Positions 24,130-44,000 of a stretch of DNA of 64,000 nucleotides are shown here, piece after piece (within the stretch, counting starts at the first letter, position 1; every line of letters begins with the position of its first letter). This stretch comes from Trichinella spiralis (Eukaryota). Position numbers and translations under genes: made by a program. Under the pieces are notes generated by a model. The model saw only the letters and a list, made by a program, of their open reading frames with translations, ran no database searches and had not been told where the DNA came from. The DNA lies in NCBI RefSeq assembly GCF_000181795.1, contig NW_003526940.1:1027527-1091526 (forward strand). Direction: 5' to 3'.

Positions 24130-25865
24130 GTGACGGTCTCCAGTCAATAAGGGTTAGGTATGGCCAGCCTCTAACATGGTCTCCGACCCTCTGCCACGCC
24201 TCCTCAACCTCCAGGTTTCCTCGTTTCCACTTTTCGGCTGCCGGATCCAGCGACTTGCACGGCTCACAGTTGCTGATCATATGCCGCACCTGTTGCTTGA
24301 ATACCGTCGGATCCGTCTGCCACGCAAAGCATAGCGTTCGCTTTATTCCCGGGTGGCCCACGGCGTTATGGACGTCTGCAATCATTCGCCCAACGCCAAG
24401 ATCCGCGGTCGCCGCGCAGACAGGAGCCCTCCCAGCTGCGGGTGGCTTCAGCCACTGACGGGTCAATTCGTCCACCTTGTTGTTCGCGGACCTCACTAGT
24501 TCGACATACAGCTCCAATACAAACTCTTCGACCAGCAACAGCACTATGCCCCCTTTTCTTCTGATTAGCATTTCTCCTGTCCTCGTTTTTCTGGAGAGGC
24601 CGTCCGTCACCCACTGATGCACCGTTGTTGAGTCTGTCATCAGACGAATCTTTGTTATCTGCCAGCTAAAGGCCATATCAAACCCTTTGATGATGGCATC
24701 CAGCTCAGCCATGTTTATATGTTGGGCGTCGTCTGGGCTCAGCCACGCCACGTCTTCCACGACTGAGCCGCCAATTTCCAACGCTACGCCCACCGCCTGC
24801 GAGCTGGCGTCCACCCAAACCTTGGCTTCATTTAATATTTATTATTTTTTATTTAGTATAATTTACAATAATTTATATCTATTTATAATAATAATAATAA
24901 ATATTTATAATAATTTATATCAAGCCTCATCTGCCGCAGGTCGGGTCGTGCTTGTTCACCACCAACGCTGTCTCCTGGATCAGATCTCTCAGCTTGCCAC
25001 CTTCAATCACTTCGTCCCAGCTCGTTGTGGCATCGTTGGCCTTTCTTTTGATGTAGGTTGCCGCTATCCTTAGCCACCCGCAGACCGGAAAGTGGCCAAC
25101 CAATTTGCTGCAGTATGAAAACACAGAGCGGCGAGTCAGCTCATCTGCCGCCACGCCTACGTCGTTGTCCCGCTTCAACATTAGCTTCCCTTGCTCCCCT
25201 CAGACCTTCAGTCCAAGGAGGTGAACTCCGTGAGCGACACGCTCGTGGGTTTTGCATGTCAGCCCATAATGCGCCAGATGCCGCTTCACGCGGTGCACGC
25301 TAACGACACTTTCGTTCACCAGGATGTCATCGATGTACGCTGAAGTTCCTCTCCTAACCTCCGGATCCTGGGAGAGCACGCAGTTCAGCACAGTTTTCAT
25401 AACCAACGATGCCATGTTCAAGCCGAATCCCATACGTGTCAGGCATTATCGCTTGTCTTTGAAGACCACCGTCTGGTAGGCCATAGGGATTTGTCGATGC
25501 GGATCTGCAGGTAGGTCTATTTTAAATCGATCAGGACCACCTTGACGCCCTACCTGCGCCACTCGCGCAGCTCTTCACTGCACACACGTCCGCATCGGCC
25601 ATATGGCTTTCAATGTGGGCGTTCAGCTCCTTCACGGATCTGACCTTCTTCTTGTTTCGCTGCATCACTGTCATCAGGTGCAATAACTCCTTGGGCAGAC
25701 CATGTTCGCTCTCGTCGTATGACACAAATTATCCGTCTTCAATCCACTTCCCCAGCTTACCCTCGTACGACCCCTAGGCCATTTTCGCCGGCGTATACTT
25801 TTCTATCGTTTCTCGCAGGACACCGGGCTCCCCGGCGTCTAACCATTTCCACGCAGCGGTCTATG
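24130..25865 (-). mobile_element. Decayed Ty3/gypsy-type LTR retrotransposon pol fragment (RT, RNase H, integrase Zn finger)
   Basis: GC-rich block with RT motifs (IDLK*TYLQI, TRMGFGLN, AYIDDILV), RNase H (VWVDASS..G, HINMAELDA, TDS..V..W, N.VDELTR) and integrase HHCC (H..GHPG...C..C), in RT-RH-IN order. Multiple stops and frameshifts. Confidence 0.9.
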
Positions 25866-26227
25866 AGCTTGGTTTGCGATCCATGAGTCCAAGTTTGCCT
25901 CCTGATTTCAACACCGTGTTATGAACTAGATAGAAATAAATGAATTTTATAAATGCAGTTGTAAAATATTTTAAAAACAAAGACAACCTAAACTAAGTAA
26001 TTGGTTGAATACAGGGAGAAATTATTATTACTATTCAATCAGTATTGTTGAGAAATCTTATCTTAACATCTTCTAAAGAAATATCTTTCACTGCGTTTTG
26101 TACAAATAATACATTTATGGAAACACCCTTGACCCGATGCAATTTGAACCCGTTGCTTTTGTTTTGGAACATTGAGCAATGGTACTAATTATTAATCGGT
26201 TACGGGTCAGCTTTGGTACTATGCGTC

Positions 26228-26562
26228 TGTCACAACCCGGTGGTAAGCGGTGGCGACATATGATCATCACGAGCTGATGATAACGCGGCAACCAGCCAAT
26301 ACAAAACTTCCAGCACCACAAGTAGGATGTGGGAGCTGCCAGAAATGGTGGCAACTGATTGGCCAATCTGGTAGGTTTAATCCGCAGACTCGGCGTGGTA
26401 TGAAATTTCTGGACATAAATATGAGCCGAAACAGAGGACAAATAATGAGAGAAAACTCGTAGCTAAAAAAGCTCGACCAGCTATTTCTAATCATATCTCT
26501 ATCTAACCTATTCTCAAGTTGAAATAAACTGGCATATCAAATATTCCTATAATTAAGTTACA
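26228..26562 (+). mobile_element. Possible solo LTR
   Basis: About 335-bp GC-richer block with TGTCACA...AGTTACA ends, an internal CATAAAT and AATAAA at about 26523. No target duplication found. Confidence 0.35.
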
Positions 26563-27020
26563 TAGTTCATCGAAATTAATACAGTCTACTTAACTACAGA
26601 AAGAGATTTTCAAGTTCAATATCCATATTTTTCAACAAATATATTCACATATGGCTGCTCAGATGATTAACTCACATGCAGATCTTGGCTTCATTTGCAT
26701 TTAAGTAATAAAAGTATTGAAAATTAAACGTTTTAATATACTGAAATTATATGCTTTTTAACTGTCCATTGGTTTATTAAGTAAAATATGAAAGCATTAT
26801 TCAAAACAGCGAAACATATTTTTTAGTGTAAGAAGTTATATTTTTCCTGAATTAGAATTTAATTATGTTTTTGATTTGGATAAGCATATTTTTTAATAAA
26901 TGCCATTTCTTGAACTGGTAGCATTATAGACATTTGCTTGAACTCTTGATTATTATTATAATTACTGTCGTATATATTACTTATCGTTGTGTTGGTTTAG
27001 TCGTATATCGTAAAGTTTAA

Positions 27021-27576
27021 ATGGATCAAGAGCCTGAAATCCCTCTTGCTGATGAATCCGGTTAATTTATATATGCTCTTTTTGAAAAGTAAAATAAAAA
27101 TGATTAAATTTTAGAAGTACCTGTAGAAAGCTTACAAAATCCGCCGAAACCTGCACAGCCACTTCCACGAGTTACACAAAGTAATTATTTTACGTATTTT
27201 TAAAAAATGTTTCTAATGCAAAGATGTAAAATTTTATTTTTTGAAGAATTTCTTGATTCTCTGTTTTTTCAGTGTTCATTTGAAAAGTATCGTATTTTAG
27301 ATGCGGATTCAGCTGAAGAAGTAGACGACAAAGCAAGATTGATATCTCAGATTCTAGAGTTGCAGAGCACTTTGGAAGGTAAATTAATTTTCGTCACAAT
27401 ATTAAAGTTTTATAATTTATGTTATTCCAGAACTGTCACAGCGTGCGGACAGTGTAAAAGAAGAAAGTTTCAAATTACGTTCTGAAAATGAAGTTCTCGG
27501 GCAGTACATTGAAAATTTGATGGCAGCAAGTTCGGTGTTTCAGTCTGCATCACCAAAAGGAAAATCAAAATATTGA
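27021..27576 (+). CDS. unc-69: Short coiled-coil protein SCOC/UNC-69
   Basis: Exons 27021-27060, 27115-27180, 27301-27378, 27431-27576. Encodes [54 protein letters not shown], the SCOC signature. Confidence 0.93.
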
Positions 27577-27853
27577 ATTCTCTTTATGTTATCATTAGTA
27601 ATTTCAATTTTACGTTTGTTTAGTTTTGTTTTCGTACACTGTTGTTCTTGCAGTGCTGTTTTTATCAGAGGTTAAAACTACTCAATTATAAATATTACCA
27701 TCAAAACACATTAAAATGTCATAATAAAAAAGATATTGAATATAATATTATATTTTATTGATTCGTAACAAACTTCTTTTAAATAAGTATAAAAGCGGCT
27801 CGGTTCTTAAGAGATAAAATTTTAATTCAAAAATGTTATTTTTGTTCTAACAT

Positions 27854-28642
27854 TCAGATTGGTTTGATTTTGAAATGAACGCTCATAATAGCGAAAACCA
27901 AACACTTCAGATCCTGCGCCAAATAATAAAGTGCTCGGAGCCCATCTGGGTCCCTAAAATTATTAAATTGTGAACAAATTATTGCATATAAATACTTTAG
28001 CAGTAACCTGCTATTTTCGCAGTCGGAAACTGAAAACAGCTTGCAACAAGTAAATGAAACATGTTGTCCATCCATGCAAATTTCTAATTCTTGTTTGCCT
28101 TTGTAATCAGGCTCTGGCCACTTGGAATCATCTTCGGTAAGAATATTGCTATCCTTTATCATATCTTTGAATGCTTGAATAGCCGTAGCACTCAAATAAC
28201 CCTACAGTATATTAAAATGTACGAAACTGCGTTACAAAATCTTCTTCATCACCAATATACCTTTCTTTTAATAACTGTATCATTCTTGTAATGCGAATTA
28301 TTGATATACATGAAGTGGCCTAAAAAACAATTCAAAATGGTACATAATAACAACACTTAATGCAGGCCATTTTTAAAGCTATAAAAAACTGTTTAAATTT
28401 TTGTGTAGTAATTATAAATTGACAAAATAAAATGTTGAATAAGTGAGTTAGTCAAACTGTTCTTAATGTATATCAAGTAACCCATTACAATAATAATTAA
28501 ATTACAATGGTGATATTGATCATATAAATCGACACTTCAAAGCTGCATTACCATTGGGCTTTATGACAAATTCTATGAACTCATGACCAAATTTTCCTCT
28601 GCTTCCACCATAATAGCGAAGATAAAATTGATTCCGATTCAT
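27854..28642 (-). CDS. mago: Mago nashi family exon-junction-complex protein, divergent
   Basis: Exons 28552-28642, 28261-28319, 28008-28201, 27854-27953. Motifs [34 protein letters not shown] and QDLKCLVF....HFKIKPI*. Confidence 0.95.
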
Positions 28643-29663
28643 ATTTTCAAAAATCACGTAATTTTCCCCAGAATAAGATTATGAATAAGTACAGTCATCT
28701 GGTTAAAGAAATTTAGGGATAAACTACAGTAAGCTGTTGGGTTTGATTGTTTATTTCATGGTGCTCAGTTAAATGTTGCTAAAATTATTATTAAAAAATT
28801 TTAAATTATATTTTATTAATTATTTAAATAAATTAAACTTTAATATTTATGGATTATTCTGATAATAATAGTTCAGTAAATAATAGTTTTGATTTTAATG
28901 TTATTCCAAGGTGTAAAATTTATGTGAATGTAATAATTCAAACAATACATTGAGCACTAATTGATTTACATGCTTAACATTCATTTTACTTTCTATACAG
29001 TTGGATGTTCTCTGAAACTCATTTCCAATGCATCATTAACACATGATTATGCAGATGCCAAAAGGTAGCCAGTAAATACCTTCCCGATATTGTTCATACA
29101 TATTTTTAGAAAGATTCTAAAATATTATGAGTAAATTTCGTGTAATATTTATTTTATTTTACTTAAAATTCGCTAATTTTGTAGTTGTAATAGATTTGTA
29201 AAAGTTGGTTGCGAAGTCAATATGAATCGTGATAACTTAATGCTAGTACCTTTTGTGAGAATTTTATTTAAAATTTTATTTTTCATATCACGTATGCGGA
29301 ACCATTTTGCTTGCAACTGATTTCATCTGGCATGCATTGTTAAAAATGTGGAATACTGTGCATGAAACTTCATTTTCTCAATTCATTCTGTCGTTTTTTC
29401 TTCGCTCATCAGTTGATTTTTTTAGGGCTTTAGTGATCAAGTGCTGATAAATATATCCCGCAGTCATTATTTTATATATTTTTTGTGTAATAGCTATTTT
29501 GTAAAACAATGCCATGCAGTTGTCAGTGGATGCCATTTTTGCTTTTAACGTATCACTGCCTCTTTAAACCTAGTCGACCTCTTTTGTAATGGATTGACGC
29601 CATGGGTTATTTTTCTTCATAAGAAATACTGCACCGAGTGCCTAAGAAAATTCACTTTTCATT

Positions 29664-38008
<8,345 letters not shown>

Positions 38009-41000
38009 GTTCATCATCCGTCATGAAAAGCAGCAAAATCATGTCACATTATTTATTTAAATAAGAAAAATGTTCATTTTCAAAAAAAAACTAAACTGAA
38101 CAAAAAATATTATGTTATTGCAAGTTCATTGGACTGTGTATTGTATTTTATAATAATAATAATAATAATTTTTATTATTATTATCAGTTTGAATGCATTT
38201 TTTCATTCGTTTTATATTTGTCGGGTTTGTTATGCACAGGAAATTGTTGCCGCAAGCAGAAGCGGAAGTGTTTTCTTCAGTTTCCGGCTCACTGCTGCTT
38301 ATTTGAAACAGTTGACTTTTAATCTTGGGAGTCTTTGTTTTCCATCTGCGCGGTACAACATGCAAACAAATATTGAATGAACGCTGAAATTAACTGATGT
38401 TGATGTCTGCGTTGCCAGGTTCCAGTGTTGGTCTGAGCCTATCGTATATGTATTTACTACAACGAACTGCAGGTTGGCGGTGATGAGTTTTCTTAATTAA
38501 TGGTCTTAATGCTTGCTATACTGAATGAGTCACCACGGGTGGCAGTGTATAACATGCATATGCAGCCGTTGTTGTACAATATGTTTTCCATTGTTCTTCT
38601 TTATTCATGAATTCTGAGTTTTATTCTTTTTTTGTTCCCTGTTTTCTTTCAACCATTTAACTAACTTTTTTATTTTTATTTTCAAAAACTTGATCTTTCC
38701 TCACATCTTTAAGAAACTTTGAATTAATTATTTATAATATGCTTTTCGGCATCTTCATCATCAAAATTCGCTCAACATTCGAGTCGGATGCATGACTCGA
38801 AAATCATAAAATTACAATAAATATATTTTTGCGTAAAATGTTTTCCGTGTAATTGACAGCAAATTCGAAAAAAAGCATTTATGAAATTTGATGAAAAAAT
38901 TAAATCTATTGAAAATTCATAAAACTAAATTCATAAACATATATATGTATATGATCGTTTAAGAAGTACAACAAGCCCAAAAGAAAACCAACTGAAAGTG
39001 CAAAATAATATAATTTTTATTTAAAATTTTGTAAACACTGATTGATAAAATAAACAGATGCGTATATCAACAATATAAAAGTAATGAAATGCTAAAAAAT
39101 AGAATTGAATGTAAAATGGAAATTATAGAAAGAATACATACATGATCATCATTAACCTGAAACATGCATAAAATTACTTTAGCAATATAATAAGCTTGAA
39201 TTTAAAATTTAAAAATTATCAGTATTTTTATTATTAAAAATTATATATGACATTTTTCAGAAATTTTCTGATTTCACGAATTTGATAATCTGTGAAAAAC
39301 GACAGTATGATGTTGTTGTTTGAAAAAACTTCCTGAAAAGTACAAATTTTTAATTTAATACAGATTTTTCTTTTAAAATGAACGGTTTTCGAAGTAACAG
39401 AAAAATTATAAAATTTTTCTATTCCAATGTAGATTATCTGAAAGAATTATTTTCAGTATTTTTCGTTTTGCATATGTTTTTCTTGCTAGTTTTAAAAACT
39501 TTGCATTATCAATATTCAATTTTTTGAATAAAATGTTCATATTCAAATCTTAAAAACGAAATTTTTTCATCAGATAAACATTTTAAAAATCCCCTTTTGT
39601 TTATTCCATCAAGAAGTTTATGCTAACTTTAAGAAAATGTTTTTTTTACTTTTGTTATCTGTTTCTGATGGAATAAATTTTAGTCATAAAATTGAAATGC
39701 TTTCAAACATTGTTTGTTTGCAGTTGCTCTGCTAATATGAGAAACTTATTATAATTGTTAGAGCAAGCCAGTGATAGCATCTGATAAAGAAATGCATACT
39801 TCGCTTGCTGTTTTTCTGGCATGTTGCACTTGCCATGATGTTCAACATCAAAAATCATGTTCTCCATTTCAAAGCATCCATTGCCCCACGTTTATCAGAT
39901 TGACGAGAATAAATATTTCAGCTAGCATAATCTACCCTGACTGGTGCCTCCTTCAATAGCTTATAAGTGTCAGTTTTGACAAGATTGCACGACTGCCAAA
40001 ATATTCGCTAACTTAAAGTATTCTATGGCAAACATCAAATATTCGTAGATCCTCTGATATATTTTAACAAAAATAGAGATAAATAATATATTAAATAAAG
40101 ATCAGTCGGCATCAATGCTCAGTTACTTATTAGTTAAGATCTTTGAACAAATTAACAAGATCAGACAAGAAATCAGATTCTTTGAACAAAGCAAATTAAC
40201 AAATAAATCTATTTTAGGGACTGATTAAATATGAAGACATAAAGGCATTTTGAGTTATAAAATCACTTAACCTGCACATATTACAAATATTTTTTTAGTA
40301 TTTCAAATTTAAATATTTTGTTTGACTCTATATTTTTAATCAATTACAAATTGTTTTATTCACACTTTTATTTGTTTGTAATATTATTCATTTTCATGCT
40401 TCATTATTTTTATTACTCTAATATTGAATGGGTTTTCCATTTTTTAAATTGCATAACACTGAAATTTAATAAATAAGCAAAAACATTCTGTCTGTTGCAG
40501 TTTTAGAATTTAAAATTTAAACCATGACGCAACCTTTTTCGACTGCCTTTATTGTTCATTTTATTGCAATTTAAATGTGAAATTCCAGTAACTTAAAACT
40601 CTTTTCATTAAATATTCTCATTTATCATACCTTTACAAAAATTAACTTCAAATTTTTTAAAACTTTAATTAATTGTTGTTTGAATACAAATGTACATTTT
40701 AATTTCACTTATAAAAAGGAAAATAATTTGCATCTAGTTTGCTCACTATGACCATTTCTTCATTTAATTTTTATGAAACCTTTTTAACATGTTTCCTTCA
40801 CTGACTTCCTCTTTTTCACTGCATGCTAAAGACATAGTGCTGGTAAATGGTAGCAAAAATTTCAAGTATTATTGTATAATGCTTGAAAATTTCACGAGTA
40901 AGTTTTTCATTTCAATAATTAGTAATTCTATTAAACAATAACATCATGATGATGGTAAAAAAAAATAATTCTTTGGTTGATACTGTAGTAAGATTTTCTA

Positions 41001-44000
41001 TTGAAAGTTTACTGTAACAGGTTGCTTAAAGCTTGTGACAGTTGAACAGGTGTCAAAAGAGCAGCGACGAGGACAAAATCATGAGACTGTCAAATGGTGA
41101 ACAGAAAACTGGCAGCTGGTGACAGGGAATTGTGTTGAAGTATAGTCTGACGAGCATTTTTGACAAGCTGAATAGCCAGTTTCAATCAATGATAGAGCTG
41201 AGTGAGTAGATAATTAGCTGGCAAATGATCAGCGTGCATCTAAATTACGCTAATAAGTAGTTGAGAGGCTTTGTTGGCAGCCGGTCAAGCCTGCTCTGAT
41301 CGTCGGCCAACTAAATGTTGCCTTTTTGACACTTGGCTCTCATCGGTCATACTTTAGGCTTTACCAGTTGACACAGCAGGTGATTGCGGACAACAGTCAA
41401 TCACTGACATCCTTCTGTCATTGCAACCGGTCGTTTCTTTTGTACTTTTTGCAATTGATCACTCGACCAATTCTACAACACCAAACGGCTTCATTTCGCT
41501 TCAGTCATCCAACCTTGGGACGGATGTTTCACTGAAATTGACTAGTCAAATTGGCTTACAAGTGAACAATGCCTCACCGATACAGCTGAAAGCGTTGCCA
41601 ATTGACGGCAAGATTTGATTACACAGCATAAACGACCAGCCAGTCAGTGTGGCTCGTTTCACTTCCGCTTCATTCAAATTGAATAGCAATTGTAAATTCA
41701 CTGTTTCGATTTTACAAACTTATCTCACTAAATTAAACTTCTCTACCCTACCAGTTTCAGTGACATCTACGCTCCACACTTTTAACATTTCTGCATCTGA
41801 AATCTACAAAACTATACAGGGAATGAATAGAGGAGAAAAAGCGTTTTTATTTTTCCCTTTTATCACAACTTTATGCAATAATTTATTTTAAAATAACTGC
41901 ACAAAAATAACAATACTATTTCTAATTATCGCATCAAGATTTATTAATACCTAATTTGGGCTTTAATTCTGATTTTGAAATTGATCATATTGAATGTACA
42001 TACATATTGTATATTACATTAAATTTATTGAAAACATTATTCAAATGCATTACTGTAAAATTTTCACAACATTATTGAAATATTTATTATACAAATTAAC
42101 AAAAGAAACCGAATAAAAGAAACAATATATAATTATTTATTCAAAGTACGTTATAAAATTATTGCCTTTTGATGAGTTTTGTTTTGTATTGAATAATGTT
42201 TTTCTCAAAATATGAATTTACAGATGCCATGCATAAAGTCACATTTCATAATTTACGCTCACAGCAAACAGATTTACAAACTCAACAAGCATCTTCATTA
42301 TTAATATTTCTTATATTTTAGTAAATTGAGCAATTAAACCGAGTCCTGCAGCATTCAATATTATTATTAATTCTTATTCCAAACAAGACTCTATCCACTG
42401 TTAATTTGTTGAAAGCAAATTAACAGCACAATAATGTCAAAATTAATTTTTTTTTCGTTCTTAAAATTTTATTCAATAAAGTAATGAAAAATTTTACTGT
42501 TTTGAAGCATTTATTTTAACAAGTCTTATAAATAAAGTCATTGTCAAAAAAGAATAATAAAAACATGATTTGCATAAATAATTTTTATTTTGCATTTCTT
42601 TAAACAATGACAGTGTGAGGCATCAACGTATTTCAAAAAGAATCATTCCCTCAGGTGAATGAAATGTTAGACAAATGACAATGATCAAAATGTACAAAAA
42701 TTTATTACAGTTGTTTGGCATTGATTTTTCGATGGATATATATAGCTTCCTGAAGTATAGACATTCGACCAGACATTAGTGTCAACGGTTAATGAAACAA
42801 GGTTCAAGATTTTGAAAATGAATAACCTCAATTATTGATAATATTAATTGGAATGAATCAAAATGAAATGGAAATTACATTTATAAAAATGATTAATATT
42901 ATCATGTCTTGTCTGCATAAATTACCAAGCAATTTTAAGTGTTTTTTATTTAAATTGAGTGAAGTAATGATTATCATTACATTTCTTTGCATTAAGCAAA
43001 GGAAAAAAAGATGATGATGATTCACTTTTAAATGCAAACACACACTTTTGCACAAAAAGTAAAAAATTTTTTTACCTTTGAAACAATTAAATACAGATAT
43101 ATAATGTTGATACTTTCTTTCTGTTAAATTAAAAACATTTCATACAGCTAAGTTTTTTTCAGTGTTGCATAAACTAGTCAGTGATGGTTGCAATTGCAAC
43201 AACAATAGCTGTAAGTTTTATCACGTATGAAACATGTATGCAGCTAAAAAGTGTGCCGCAGTTTTATTACTTTTTGTGAACTAAAATAAACTGTAACTGC
43301 ATGTTGAGAAAGAGAACACAAGAAGAATGCTCTTTTTGATACAGTAATATTACAAAAGCTACATTGAGGTGAATAGTGAAGTGGAATAAATGTTTTGAAA
43401 AAGAGCAAGGACAGACAGCAGTGTTCAAGTGCTGTAAGATGGGTCAGGTTGGTTGCAGCATCAAAAGAGTCCGCCTTTAGATAACAAGTGCAGGTTGCGC
43501 TGAGGGGTGGAGCGTCAATATAGTGATAATTATGAACAAAGGAAATGACCGATGGATGTTGGGGAGAAAATTGGTCTCCTGGCGCCAAAGCTATCTGATT
43601 GCATCTTTTCCCAGGCGGGTCAGCGACATTAGCCTGCCACTAATGCCTGACCGCTGACTGAGTACGATCTTGTTACGCAGAGGTCAGGCAAAGCAACGAT
43701 AAAGCACTTTTACCCTGTTTTGATCATTACCTTTCGGCAACTACCCTTTCCTGTGTATTCTGCATTTGTATGCTTGTCATTCTATATAAAAACCTACTTT
43801 ATCAAAGTTCCCAAATGATTCCCAAGTGTAAAAAAACGCAATAAAATGTCTAAAGTTTGAAAAATGTTCCAAATCGTTTTGTCCTTTAATGTGATTGTTT
43901 CACGTTTTTCAGACACGCTTTAGGAGTGGTGATTTGTGTTTTTACATGGAACTACTTTCCAAAGAAGAAAATGCCTATCAGTTTGATAAAATAAAATAGC

